A stretch of 24,731 nucleotides of DNA from a virus (IMGVR_UViG_3300009435_000050:1-24731); one strand, 5' to 3'. Positions 10,001-18,935 are shown, numbered from the stretch's first letter. The notes: generated by a model not told the origin, from the sequence alone. Made by a program: numbers and translations.

Positions 10001-10646
10001 TGATATTGAAAGGGAAGAAGTTGTTTCCATCATAATCGATAGCTGTGTTGTCTACAGGAGAACCACCTAATGGTATAACCTGATAGTCACCGAAGACTCT
10101 CATCTTAGGAGTTGTAGCTCCTGCGCCTGCGACTTGATTAGCTGCAACAGATTGGTCTAACACTTCACCCATTACAGGATAAGAGTTTCCGCCCGTAGCT
10201 AAATCTTCGTAGTAAAGGTTAGAGTTACCTGAAGCCATCTTATACTTACCACCGATAAAGAAACCATGCTTCTTAACCTCGATGTTCTTATTAGCCTCTA
10301 ATCTATCAGTAATTGGATTGTACTCGAAGTATTCCGTTACGATAGGCTTAGTAATCTGAGTCTCTATGTAAGAGATAACAGCAGCTCTGTCCATTCCTAG
10401 GTCAGCAACTAAATCTTGTCCCGCTTCATTCTGAATACGGTTTATGTTTAGCTTACCAAAGAATACTCTGTACTCTGTTTCGCTTCCTCTCTTGAATTGA
10501 ACGAGGGACTTGATACGGATTCTATTGGATAACGTAGGATGCGCTTCTACAGATAGAGAACCTATTTCTTTATTGTTTACTCTAGCGCCATCGAAAGAAA
10601 CCTTTCCCGATTTAAGCGTTGAATATATTTTTACCTTGTTTGCCAT
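7053..10646 (-). CDS. Large multidomain virion adhesin/fibre (1197 aa) with Ig/cadherin-like and C-terminal LamG domains
   Basis: NFAPTVANQT...APSWMTMNQTTGVLSG..P putative Ig domain; LamG WSVSLWIKP...WNHVLITY..MYING..FRIG..GIVNQVAIF; L.LTL.DGT repeats. Confidence 0.8.
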   Translation of the reverse strand: MANKVKIYSTLKSGKVSFDGARVNNKEIGSLSVEAHPTLSNRIRIKSLVQFKRGSETEYRVFFGKLNINRIQNEAGQDLVADLGMDRAAVISYIETQITKPIVTEYFEYNPITDRLEANKNIEVKKHGFFIGGKYKMASGNSNLYYEDLATGGNSYPVMGEVLDQSVAANQVAGAGATTPKMRVFGDYQVIPLGGSPVDNTAIDYDGNNFFPFNISGVGITVRIAEAVSATQQLKYEIIVDGISVYIQYLPKQALAVNEDLTWYFDHPLDIEAGTTLRATIYKVSTVNNQEVNDGILQVCEGDATPTRYQTSVLNRFFEDKDLELISPYLKLQAMDFSADATGSSIIMKDLTLTAGAQVLTHHAINELQAVANGSTIQIKIKDGAKILVDSLPVGGASINGVLVNSVLNTAVSALNTLFTNAASFNSTGNPVTNFVLSGDDLTITLADGTSFTSDVTTLGVDTDKFVTSGAVSGSDLILTLDDGTTVTIDATNLVSGSTLSATNDRWYISYGTNANQEVGVTTMTSAVNLQGPYYFGQSLLRGSEFKFNINSGNQLRLGIWDGPEEATAYNGSPAMSDASNWGTVFSYANGTQKFTDSSNTDISTYHTGGYTVTNGAAMSIRFGDDGHLTLLDISGATEVIVGKTTIALGVSSFNLQFGGFNNSAFPNGIISTVDWTIVHDFAGTEAGIVNGILDHTVLKSNVSIEIGEKIMFMLDEVGQGDYFGTNYSAAATGVSTAEEQLDNEFSYATNEALDFEFDGVSDWNVNTNATYYFDNGAGIVGYRKGGASTVQGMFSLRFTADGELTIYSEDNQELVATAKANPTVGSSVSLYFGVRGNRAYYSIPVVSKQTIGQGSQPSANFAPTVANQTASVREGQSLNFQVVSSDNIVNQFVELDAPSWMTMNQTTGVLSGVAPAFVGGAADTIVVNCKAGNAIGGSTTFSVTVTVTSYASTNTKSLKFLNNSSAYLNGNATNVTALQRAANGAGASDAWSVSLWIKPSTSTAVQTLFYYGGDDLVNEGRIELQQFSGNNILLRYGNNAGNLNFIGVGTFPTNAWNHVLITYSGADTLTAAGGASAFQMYINGANGVSQIQATGGGYSGTIVSDKFRIGRLDGGTTNQYLLDGIVNQVAIFETDESANLATIYNSGATQDLSGLASAPVHYYEIEDSETTVTDLIGSADLVGFNFTASELVTDTP

Positions 10647-10660
10647 TGTTTAGTTTTATT

Positions 10661-11365
10661 TTATGCTTGTATAAATAGAGCCATTTCTCTCATGTTAACT
10701 GTACCCGTGACATCAGACTTAATCTGAAATCTAAGTTTACCTGCGTCATTAACGCCGTTGGTGTTGATAGTATCTCCGATAAAGAACTGTATATCAACAA
10801 GGTGAGGATAGTCTTCATCAGCACCCGACTCCATGGCCAAACCTGCAGCAGGAATAGGAAAATCTTCCGAAGGGCTAGCTGCAGAGTGTCTCTCCAAGAA
10901 TATCCTTGAATCCAATCTTCCTCCATCTTCGTCGGGAATGAAAGATAAAGACGCTCTAAGTGTAGCAGAGCCTTTAATGCCTAGTCCTTCCAATAGAAAC
11001 TTAATAGGGTTTCCGTCAGAACCGTCTCCCTCGTAGCCCGTAGCCTTAGCCGCCTTCATTGCTGTTGGTCTCTCATCCGAAGTTCCCGAAGGGTGAATCG
11101 TCATTATAACGTCCTGCCATACATCTACGTCAGCAATTTCAATTTCATGAGAAGTAGCAGTGCCACTAAAATAAAAAGCAGTCAACAGCCCTAAGTATCC
11201 TTGGGTGTCGTCAGCTACTAGAGCGGTAAGGTCTGCACCTGTCATTCTTTTTGTAGAACCCGAGTTAGCCTGTGTAAGGTCAGTGGTGTCTACTACGGGT
11301 ATGAGAATCGACTCACTCGCAACATCACCTAGTACGGTTAGTTCTGATATTTTTACGTTTGCCAT
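10661..11365 (-). CDS. Virion fibre-associated protein
   Basis: N-terminal MANVKISELT...IPVVD...TKR motif common to phage fibre proteins. Confidence 0.7.
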   Translation of the reverse strand: MANVKISELTVLGDVASESILIPVVDTTDLTQANSGSTKRMTGADLTALVADDTQGYLGLLTAFYFSGTATSHEIEIADVDVWQDVIMTIHPSGTSDERPTAMKAAKATGYEGDGSDGNPIKFLLEGLGIKGSATLRASLSFIPDEDGGRLDSRIFLERHSAASPSEDFPIPAAGLAMESGADEDYPHLVDIQFFIGDTINTNGVNDAGKLRFQIKSDVTGTVNMREMALFIQA

Positions 11366-11384
11366 TTTTGTGTTTATTATTTAA

Positions 11385-11525
11385 TTAGAGTAGACCTTCT
11401 CGTATGAGATTGAATCCGTTTTCCATAAGGATACCGTCACTGTCTTCTTCTAGAATCAATGTAACGAAGTTCCCTTGGTTAACCTCTTTGTTAATGTTCG
11501 TTAGTATGTTTGGTAAACCGAGCAT
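11385..11525 (-). CDS. 46-aa small structural protein (MLGLPNILTN...LILEEDSDGILMENGFNLIREGLL)
   Basis: Below the ORF-track cutoff; fills the gap between neighbours. Carries MLGL start and L..E.G..L..E motifs seen ahead of KISEL-type fibre genes. Confidence 0.7.
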   Translation of the reverse strand: MLGLPNILTNINKEVNQGNFVTLILEEDSDGILMENGFNLIREGLL

Positions 11526-11527
11526 GA

Positions 11528-11803
11528 CTAGCGGATGTATGCTATAACATTACCCGTAGCTACAGTAATTGTAGTAAAGTCTCCGTAAAGAACCATACCT
11601 GCCTGAAGGTCAACACCTGCTAAAGCATCGCCTGCAGTAGTTGTGGTAGTTACACCTGTCGCCACTGCTATACAGTATATACATACATACTCCTCACCCG
11701 CGGGTTGAACCGTTGCTGAGCTGATTACTCTAAATCCGTTTTGTCCAAACGCTGCGTTTTGGAAATCACCTGTGTTGGTGAGATTTGTTTTTCTTGCTGC
11801 CAT
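11528..11803 (-). CDS. Small beta-rich virion protein downstream of portal
   Basis: AFGQNG...G..LYG.FT.I.V..G.VIAY pattern; operon position. Confidence 0.65.
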   Translation of the reverse strand: MAARKTNLTNTGDFQNAAFGQNGFRVISSATVQPAGEEYVCIYCIAVATGVTTTTTAGDALAGVDLQAGMVLYGDFTTITVATGNVIAYIR

Positions 11804-11818
11804 TTTATATATTGTTTA

Positions 11819-14242
11819 TTATTTCATCATTGAGTCAAGGAAACTGTCTTCCTCTCCTTCGGGCAGTTCACCTCTTTCGCCTTTGCGCTGAGAGATTAAC
11901 TTAGATTGCTCTACAGATTGTTTTTTAACACGAGAATCCTTACGGTCTTCTTGAGCCTCTGAAACAGCTTTCTTCATCTCTGCACTTGCTCCCGCTACAT
12001 CTTTAGCGTTAGCTCCTTTAAGTTTCTCTAGCTCCAACTTGAACTGATACTCCATTTGCATGCGCTGCATTTCCAACTGAGCTTTCATTTGCTCTGCCTG
12101 CATGTCTAGCTGAGCCTGAGCTTGAGCCGTTTGCATATCGGCTTGTGCTTTAGCCTGTGACGCCTGAGCTGCTGACTGTCCTTGCATTTGTGCATTTTGT
12201 TGAGCCTGCTGCTGCTGACGCTTGATGCGCTTGCCTCTACGCACTATGAGTAGACGCTCTGCTTGGTCAACATCCTTTAAACGACGGATAGCGATAGCAT
12301 CCTCAATGTCAATCTCTTTCTGCGCTAATGCTTGTTGTATGTTTTGCTCTAGGTATACCTTGTCGCCTTCATCCATCTCTGTACTAACAGTTACACCGAA
12401 GTTAAACATAGGTAGTTTTTCGAACTCCTTGATAGTTTGCATAGCGTGCTTGCCTACAGCTTTCTTGTAAGTGCCGAATAATACGGAATCCTTTGGAAGT
12501 ATCTGTAGACACTTGATTACATCCTCACATACTCTCTTATATAGAACTAAAGAAGCATGGGTGATATCATATAGTGCGTTGTTAGCTGAAGCTATCTGCT
12601 GCTGACGTACGCCAACTAGCGAGTCAGACTTAGGTGTAGAGCCATCAACAGCCTCATTTACACCCGTTGCGTCACGAATCATTCTTAAGTAGTGATTGTA
12701 TAAGCCAATCAATTCGTTCACGTTACGTATAGTATTGTTTATCTCTCTGATAGGTGGGTTTGCGAATCCTCCTTCAGGGTTTTTAGAGCGGTAATACATA
12801 ACACCTGTTTGCTCGTAGATATCTTGGATATCCAACGGAGATAACTCGCCGCCCGCTCCAAGCTGTACATTGTCCAAACCTTCGATGTCAATCATAATTC
12901 CATCAGGCTTAGCCTTAGCGATAGACTGCTGAATCTTTAGGTGTGTAATCTGTAATTGGTCAGCGAAACCGATAATGCTAGTCACCATAGACTTAGGCAT
13001 CATGCGACGTAGGTTAGTAGCCACAATAGAGTAAGACAGAGTAGTTCTGCTTAGGTCATGTATGTTACGAGGTTGGTTGTGCTTTTTGCCGTAGTTAAGT
13101 AGTACGTCTGTACCATCTATATATAGGCCACCGTATAAACACATGTTCTTCATGTATACAGGATTTCTGTCGTATACAGACTGCGTAGGCATCTTGTACT
13201 CTTCGCCTTTGAAGTAGAAGCCCATGTTTCCGTACTTAGACATCTTCTCTTCGTATACCATTTCGTCTAGACCGATGTATTCAAAGTCTAATACGTTTAC
13301 TGTGTATTCGTCATATCCATAAGACTGACGCCCTGTACGTTGGTCGTAGTAATTTCTAGCTACCTTAGAGCTGTCGTTACCAAACTTATTCTTTACTCCT
13401 TGACCTATCATCTGCCATTGCTCTTCAGAGACGCTGTTTCCTGCAATTCTCTTTAGCTCCATGATTGTCATGATGCGAATCTCTCCTGCGTAAACCAAGT
13501 CCTTAAGGAATGGGTCTTCAGAATAAGAATGTATCAAGTGACTAGGGTCAACGTAACGCTCAACTATACCATGATTAGGGTCGTTCTCACGTTTTATTGC
13601 AGCCATACCACAGACTACTAAGTCTTCTACGGCTCTACGGAACGTGCTATCGTTAAAGTCATTCCACTCGAGTGTTAAGTTACATGCAACCTGTGCAGCA
13701 ATCTCAGCAGCAATCTTGATATTGGTATCCATGAATATCTCTGCCTCTTCCTGCGTATCAGGTAGGTTGTCGATATCATCTGTAACCTGTGCTCCTAGGT
13801 CACGCATCTCTTTCAAGAACTCTTTGTTCTCGATAGCAGCTTTGACACGAGCCTTCTTGTTCTCCTTCTCACCACGTGAGATAGGGTCAATAGCCTCTAG
13901 GTTAGGATAAGGTTTTTGTGATAGTATTTTGTTTACTACGATTTTTACGAACTTGGGAACAATAGGTACAGGAGTCCAATCTAGATTAAGTAGCGTACCG
14001 CCACCACCTGTGCCATCTAAGCTGTTTAGTATCTGCTTATATATCTGAGTAGATTGAGTTCCTTGAGCGTAATCTCTAGCTCTTTCAAACTCCTTCATTC
14101 TTTTTTGATACAAAGATGATGTTGACTCTGTTCCACCCCATTGACCTAGGATGGCTTTTGCGTATGCCTTACCGTATCCTTGAGAGAGTTTCTCGTTAGA
14201 CTTTGCGGTAGGGTCAGGGAAATTTCCGTAATTCTTCTTCAT
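11819..14242 (-). CDS. Portal protein
   Basis: 807 aa directly after the terminase; LNLDWTPVPIVPKFV motif, IRDATGVNEAVDG, Gln-rich coiled-coil C-terminus. Confidence 0.88.
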   Translation of the reverse strand: MKKNYGNFPDPTAKSNEKLSQGYGKAYAKAILGQWGGTESTSSLYQKRMKEFERARDYAQGTQSTQIYKQILNSLDGTGGGGTLLNLDWTPVPIVPKFVKIVVNKILSQKPYPNLEAIDPISRGEKENKKARVKAAIENKEFLKEMRDLGAQVTDDIDNLPDTQEEAEIFMDTNIKIAAEIAAQVACNLTLEWNDFNDSTFRRAVEDLVVCGMAAIKRENDPNHGIVERYVDPSHLIHSYSEDPFLKDLVYAGEIRIMTIMELKRIAGNSVSEEQWQMIGQGVKNKFGNDSSKVARNYYDQRTGRQSYGYDEYTVNVLDFEYIGLDEMVYEEKMSKYGNMGFYFKGEEYKMPTQSVYDRNPVYMKNMCLYGGLYIDGTDVLLNYGKKHNQPRNIHDLSRTTLSYSIVATNLRRMMPKSMVTSIIGFADQLQITHLKIQQSIAKAKPDGIMIDIEGLDNVQLGAGGELSPLDIQDIYEQTGVMYYRSKNPEGGFANPPIREINNTIRNVNELIGLYNHYLRMIRDATGVNEAVDGSTPKSDSLVGVRQQQIASANNALYDITHASLVLYKRVCEDVIKCLQILPKDSVLFGTYKKAVGKHAMQTIKEFEKLPMFNFGVTVSTEMDEGDKVYLEQNIQQALAQKEIDIEDAIAIRRLKDVDQAERLLIVRRGKRIKRQQQQAQQNAQMQGQSAAQASQAKAQADMQTAQAQAQLDMQAEQMKAQLEMQRMQMEYQFKLELEKLKGANAKDVAGASAEMKKAVSEAQEDRKDSRVKKQSVEQSKLISQRKGERGELPEGEEDSFLDSMMK

Positions 14243-14275
14243 CGTAGTGCGTTTCGCTCTTGATTAACTATTGTG

Positions 14276-14283
14276 CAAAGATA
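14276..14283 (-). promoter_or_regulatory. -7 promoter element TATCTTTG upstream of portal
   Basis: TAnnTTTG in intergenic gap. Confidence 0.65.
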
Positions 14284-14294
14284 AGAAAAAATCC

Positions 14295-16418
14295 CTAAGC
14301 GTTTGGGTTGTATCGTCTAAAGAATGTCTTATTAGTAAAGTCTGCTTGTTTTGTAACCTTTGGCTTAATCTGAGCGGCTAATAAACAGAGTCCACTAGAT
14401 ATAGTTAAATCATACTTGGTACGATTATCTATACGGAATCCAATCCAATCCTCCAAGGTGTCTTGTAGATACATTCTACCCATCTGTCCCGTGTCTATGT
14501 TCTCACCTACACTATTATGTATATAAGCCTCAATAGCCATTGCATGAGCCTGTATTACCTCTGCTGAGGTAGATGGTATACCTTTTGTCTTTGATTTTGA
14601 TGCACCACCGCCTAAATGCTCGGGGCGGTCAAGCAGATACTCCAAATACCCTCTCTCCTCAAAATAACGAGCTATACCGTATTTGTTGTTCTCGATTAGG
14701 ATTGGGTAGCCAAAGTATACTGCCGCCATTAATACATCTTCATAAAATATCTTAGCCATTGGTGGGCGAGAACAGTACTCTGCTACGAATACATTGCTTG
14801 CTCCATTCATGCTGAACTTGTTATAGAAGTGACAAGCACCCTTAGAGCCACGCCCGTCGGTAGTTGCGTCAAGGTCATAGCTATCTACCCCACCTACACC
14901 TAAGTTTCCGTGTGGAGCTTGATAGTGCCCGTTTCTGTGTTTTGACTTTATGTTTCTATTATCTTTCTTTGGTTGCCATGATAGAGTCCATCTTCCCTCG
15001 GGTGATGGCTCAAATATAACCTCTGTGTCTAGTTCTCCACTCTTCCAATGAAAGTTACCCTTCACTACAGGGCTAGGATACATCATATCATTGTACTCCT
15101 TCTGTTCGTATATCTTACCTAGATTAAACAGACTACTTTCCACGGAGTCACGGAATGCCTCTTGTGTAGAGAATGGAAACTGACGAGTAACCTCGTTCAA
15201 TTCATTAGCATCATTCTTAAGTGCTTTTCTTTCGTTGTTGAGGTAAGTCCTTGCGCCATAGTCGATTAGCTCACCGTCGGAAGTTTCAACAGCAGTTGCA
15301 GGGTCGTCAACAATTGGGTTTCCGAACTTGTCGAAGAAGCCTTCAAGCGCTTCGTAAGCGGGGATGAATATACGGTAGAGCATAGACCGTGTACGGCCAT
15401 TTGCATTTCTTTCCGACGGGTCTGAGTCATTCCAAAGGTCTTTATATTGTTCGCCACCTTTCGACATAGGGTTAACCGTAGAGCCCACCAAAGCAGTTCC
15501 TACAATCTTACGACCTACAATCAAACAGGTTCTGTTAATGCGCCAAGCCTCACGTATATCAGCAGGCTTCTCCCACTTACCCGCCTCATCGAGAAACAGG
15601 TAGTACAAGCGCTCACCATCATATGCGTTGTTGGTTGTATTCTTCCAATTAATTATCGTGTTCAGTGCCTCACCTGTCTGAGCTGTCTTATTGTTCTTTG
15701 TAATCTTTTTCGCAGGCTCGCGGAAAGCAAGCTCAACACGAGGGTTAGTAGAACCATCTTGAATAGGTTTAAAGAAGAAAGGAAAGTGTCTATACATAGA
15801 TACCACCTTCTTCATAAAGACGTTATCACGTGCATCGCCACCCGTCTTAGACATGATACCTAATACCTTATCCTTCACCACTGTGCCCTCTGCTAGTAGA
15901 GTTGCAACAGCCATGTTAGTATATCCTGAACGTCTACACTTAGTAAACAACTGACCTACGCATCGTGGGTCAACCTTACAGGCTTCTGCGTGAATAAATA
16001 GTGTACGTTGAAATGCGAGGTAGTCCCCGTAGAATGAACCATCAATCTTCACCCACTGAAGCATGAAGTAATGTGTTCCTGTTATGTAAGTTTTTTTACC
16101 GTTAATGTAAAGCCAAACTCCTTCAGACCTACGCTTAAATTCTTGCTCGATATATGGACGATAGGCTTTGCGAAAGTTACTCGGCTGTTGCGCCCACTCA
16201 TCCATAGAGCGAATCCCTTTGATGGCCGCAGGCATGGCTTGACGTTTCCAATACTGCTCACTCCTATCACTAGAGGAAAACAGTATTTTATCCTCATCGG
16301 ATTCACTAGGAAGCTGTATAAGCAATCCTTCCAACTCGATAATTTCACCCATCGTATCGTTAGGACATATGTTAATGACATCTTGCTCATATCCTTCTAT
16401 TCTTTTTAAACCTGCCAT
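14295..16418 (-). CDS. terL: Terminase large subunit
   Basis: Walker A-like KCRRSGYT, Walker B YLFLDEAGKW, coupling motif GST, RNase H-like nuclease GVDSYD...IENNK...YDLTISSG. Confidence 0.93.
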   Translation of the reverse strand: MAGLKRIEGYEQDVINICPNDTMGEIIELEGLLIQLPSESDEDKILFSSSDRSEQYWKRQAMPAAIKGIRSMDEWAQQPSNFRKAYRPYIEQEFKRRSEGVWLYINGKKTYITGTHYFMLQWVKIDGSFYGDYLAFQRTLFIHAEACKVDPRCVGQLFTKCRRSGYTNMAVATLLAEGTVVKDKVLGIMSKTGGDARDNVFMKKVVSMYRHFPFFFKPIQDGSTNPRVELAFREPAKKITKNNKTAQTGEALNTIINWKNTTNNAYDGERLYYLFLDEAGKWEKPADIREAWRINRTCLIVGRKIVGTALVGSTVNPMSKGGEQYKDLWNDSDPSERNANGRTRSMLYRIFIPAYEALEGFFDKFGNPIVDDPATAVETSDGELIDYGARTYLNNERKALKNDANELNEVTRQFPFSTQEAFRDSVESSLFNLGKIYEQKEYNDMMYPSPVVKGNFHWKSGELDTEVIFEPSPEGRWTLSWQPKKDNRNIKSKHRNGHYQAPHGNLGVGGVDSYDLDATTDGRGSKGACHFYNKFSMNGASNVFVAEYCSRPPMAKIFYEDVLMAAVYFGYPILIENNKYGIARYFEERGYLEYLLDRPEHLGGGASKSKTKGIPSTSAEVIQAHAMAIEAYIHNSVGENIDTGQMGRMYLQDTLEDWIGFRIDNRTKYDLTISSGLCLLAAQIKPKVTKQADFTNKTFFRRYNPNA

Positions 16419-16436
16419 ACCTTAGTGTACGTTGTA

Positions 16437-16444
16437 CAAATATA
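16437..16444 (-). promoter_or_regulatory. -7 promoter element TATATTTG upstream of terL
   Basis: TAnnTTTG 18 nt before ATG 16418. Confidence 0.65.
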
Positions 16445-16482
16445 CGTTTAATATATTAATTTAATGTTTAAACAAAAAAAAA

Positions 16483-16770
16483 CTACTTACTGAATCTTTC
16501 AGCGAATCCACCACCAAAGTCTTTTTCTTCGTCTATAGTGCCTGTTTCTCTCGCGTTTTTTATCATTTGTTCTATATCCTGTCTAACAACTAACAGCTCC
16601 TTAGCATCCATTGCTGTTTGCTTTATTGAAGCTAGTTCCGCTTTACGAGCAGAGCCCGTGACCTCTTGGTCTACGGGCTTCTCTATTTCCTCTATCATAT
16701 TGTTGATTGCTTTCTCGGTAGCCCTAAGTAGGTTTTCCGCCGCTGTCAACGTGAAATTAAAATCAGACAT
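16483..16770 (-). CDS. Putative terminase small subunit
   Basis: Helical ~95 aa immediately upstream of terL, ending GGFAERFSK. Function inferred from position. Start may be 16779. Confidence 0.55.
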   Translation of the reverse strand: MSDFNFTLTAAENLLRATEKAINNMIEEIEKPVDQEVTGSARKAELASIKQTAMDAKELLVVRQDIEQMIKNARETGTIDEEKDFGGGFAERFSK

Positions 16771-17350
16771 AAGCTGCATGTATATAATTAGGCTTCATAC
16801 GGAATACTTGAGAGCCGTCGGGTAGGGTTATTCTGTAGTCGGCATTCTTACCGTACATAACAAGGTCTCCAACATTTACTCCTAGTTCTTCTGTTCCTGC
16901 GCTAGGGTATAGTACTACGGCCTCTTGCTTCGCTTCAACCAACTCAGTTCCTAAGAACAAGCCACCTGCGCTAACAACGTCGACCTCTTTGTCTTCTGTT
17001 GCTTCTAGGATAACCCAATCACCTAGAACGGTAACAGAATCATCCTCGTGTATAACCATGTAAGCCTGACCGTTAATCTCGGTAGGATGCCAAGCCACCA
17101 AGTAGTGGTCTTCTCCAATGCCGTATTTTTCGGGCTGTTGATTCACGTGGTGATGGAAGACTAAAGTATCCCCAACCTTAACTGACTCGGGTAAATCAGC
17201 CTTGGCGGGAATTGCTTTAATCGTACCATAAGATACACGCCCCTTGAAGTCATCCCAACGGGTGTCTTTTATAAGTTCAATCCCTGCTACTTCTAGAGTA
17301 TCTCCGAACAACTTAGGGACGTGCACTATGAAATCGTATAATGGTCTCAT
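16763..17350 (-). CDS. GroES-like co-chaperonin with two tandem GroES domains
   Basis: Domain 1 MRPLYDFIV...GTIKAIP...VKVGDTLVF; domain 2 LGDWVILE...SAGGLFL...AVV...VNVGDLVMY...DG..FRMK..I.A. Confidence 0.8.
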   Translation of the reverse strand: MRPLYDFIVHVPKLFGDTLEVAGIELIKDTRWDDFKGRVSYGTIKAIPAKADLPESVKVGDTLVFHHHVNQQPEKYGIGEDHYLVAWHPTEINGQAYMVIHEDDSVTVLGDWVILEATEDKEVDVVSAGGLFLGTELVEAKQEAVVLYPSAGTEELGVNVGDLVMYGKNADYRITLPDGSQVFRMKPNYIHAAYV

Positions 17351-17592
17351 TATCCTAGGTCTATATCGTATTCAACAATAACAGGCATATTCTCAATAGC
17401 CTTCCATAGGATTACTCCATCTTCGTTCTCTACATATATAAGGTAGCGTGAGCGTCCGTATAGCTGCTCTGCGCGACCATCTACTGCAATAGCGTGGATA
17501 GTTCCACCACCGTATACTGCTTGTCCTACGACAAAGGCGAACCCGTTCTTTGGGTCACGTCCTGATATAATTTTTCTAATTGGCTGCTCCAT
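17350..17592 (-). CDS. Conserved hypothetical protein (IRKI..G.D.K...VGQ.VYGG..I...WK...MP..VEY)
   Basis: TAATG-coupled to GroES; motif recalled beside GroES in marine Flavobacteria phages. Confidence 0.75.
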   Translation of the reverse strand: MEQPIRKIISGRDPKNGFAFVVGQAVYGGGTIHAIAVDGRAEQLYGRSRYLIYVENEDGVILWKAIENMPVIVEYDIDLG

Positions 17593-17929
17593 CGTCTTCT
17601 GTGTTTTTGTTGATGAAGTTCATCCAATCCTCTGAAGTCCAATCCTCCGTATCACGCAGGTCGGTAGGTAGAGACGGTGAGTCCATCTGTTGGTAGTATT
17701 GTACAGCGATAGATAGAACCTCGTCGAGTTCCTCTTCGTCTGCTACTACATAATCTAATACTGTTTTTAGTCTTGCCTCGCCATCTTCTCCTTCAGTGTA
17801 GATACCACCGATGAAACAGGAGACCCATTGATTTTCGAGCTCGTACTTCTGTACAAGGGCTTTGATGCCCTCTAGCTTTTCAGCTACCTCGTCGAAAAAC
17901 TCTTGCGGAGCTTCTTGATTATCATCCAT
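17576..17929 (-). CDS. Highly acidic hypothetical protein
   Basis: 117 aa, D/E-rich, first long gene of the late operon. Confidence 0.75.
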   Translation of the reverse strand: MDDNQEAPQEFFDEVAEKLEGIKALVQKYELENQWVSCFIGGIYTEGEDGEARLKTVLDYVVADEEELDEVLSIAVQYYQQMDSPSLPTDLRDTEDWTSEDWMNFINKNTEDDGAAN

Positions 17930-17971
17930 TATTTCTGTATATTTAATTTAATTGGGTTTATACCCATAGTA

Positions 17972-17979
17972 CAAATATA
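17972..17979 (-). promoter_or_regulatory. -7 promoter element TATATTTG heading the packaging operon
   Basis: TAnnTTTG in the divergent intergenic region. Confidence 0.65.
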
Positions 17980-17988
17980 CAAAATAAA

Positions 17989-18417
17989 ATGCCGAAGAGC
18001 AAGCTACATAAGAAGAAGCTAAACCGTGCGTTCCTACCATTACAGGAGAAGTACGTAAAGCGTAACTACTTGAAGTATTACAACCTGTCTATCAGAGATA
18101 TGGTAAAGTACACAGACTTATCTAGAGCTGAATTGGAGTTCTTGATGTTTGCTTATGACCTAGAGTTCTTTGAGATTACTTGGATAGCAGAAGCGTACGG
18201 ACAGAGCCGTAAGAAGCTATACGAGCGTATCGTGCTTCCTCTTAAGAAGAAAGGCTACCTTCAGGAATATCTCGGTGTAGGCAAGGACGGTGAGGACGTT
18301 GACGTACATTTCAACATAAGGCGCAATGCTCAGAAGCTGTCTGTAAGTCATAAAGGTCGCCACAATGTTCAGCGTACCTATCGTAAGATAGAGGGAGAAG
18401 AGGAGATTAGGTACTAA
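17989..18417 (+). CDS. Winged helix-turn-helix (MarR-like) DNA-binding protein
   Basis: LSRAELEFLMF...IAEAYGQSRKKLYERIVLPLKKKGYL...VSHKGR pattern; basic; lone plus-strand gene in this block. Confidence 0.7.
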   Translation: MPKSKLHKKKLNRAFLPLQEKYVKRNYLKYYNLSIRDMVKYTDLSRAELEFLMFAYDLEFFEITWIAEAYGQSRKKLYERIVLPLKKKGYLQEYLGVGKDGEDVDVHFNIRRNAQKLSVSHKGRHNVQRTYRKIEGEEEIRY

Positions 18418-18641
18418 GAGAAATACTTGCTGTACTGTTTCATCGCCCATTTCCGCAGATAAAGCGGTTGGTAGTTTGCCACTTTTTTTAAGTCCCTTTC
18501 TAGTTCCTTCTTTGGTGGTGGTATGAATAGTATATACTCCAAGCAAAACAGACAAAACCTTAGTTTTGATGCGAAGACGTGCTGCAGAAATAGCTTGATA
18601 AAGCCTTTTAAGCCATTTCCATGAGGAAACCGTACATTCAT
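18414..18641 (-). CDS. Hypothetical protein
   Basis: Preceded by a TACCTTTG box (18663-18670); converges on the HTH gene with a 4-nt overlap. Confidence 0.5.
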   Translation of the reverse strand: MNVRFPHGNGLKGFIKLFLQHVFASKLRFCLFCLEYILFIPPPKKELERDLKKVANYQPLYLRKWAMKQYSKYFS

Positions 18642-18683
18642 ACCCGAGTATTATTACAATTACAAAGGTAGCGATTATATTTC

Positions 18684-18935
18684 TTAGCTTGTAAACCATT
18701 TTTGTATCATTAACACGGGGTAAGCAGGGTAGTATGACACAGCCATAACAGCTAAGTATCTTCCCGCCTTCTCCATTTCGAATATCCTTGTTTCCTTTGC
18801 CTCTTCCTCACTTATGTTGAAGTTCTCCACTTCTTCCTTCGTAGGTGCTCGAAAACATTTGGATGCTATGTGAGCTGCTGCAAGATTGTATATGAATGCT
18901 GCTCCGAATGGTATTGCTAGTATAGTATATATCAT
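18684..18935 (-). CDS. Small membrane protein with two hydrophobic segments
   Basis: ATG just after a terminator and variant box TATATTAG (18939-18946). Confidence 0.65.
   Translation of the reverse strand: MIYTILAIPFGAAFIYNLAAAHIASKCFRAPTKEEVENFNISEEEAKETRIFEMEKAGRYLAVMAVSYYPAYPVLMIQKWFTS

Noticed and set aside
1323-10646. Diversity-generating retroelement or invertible fibre cassette
   Set aside because: No reverse transcriptase or invertase, and no adenine-variant TR/VR pair seen in this window.
230-16825. Plus-strand ORFs in the track (e.g. 230-520, 3414-3728, 4642-5112, 9061-9516, 12222-12470, 15447-15863, 16538-16825) and nested minus ORFs (10690-10926, 15266-15457, 16082-16390)
   Set aside because: Antisense or alternate-frame shadows lying within well-supported minus-strand genes.
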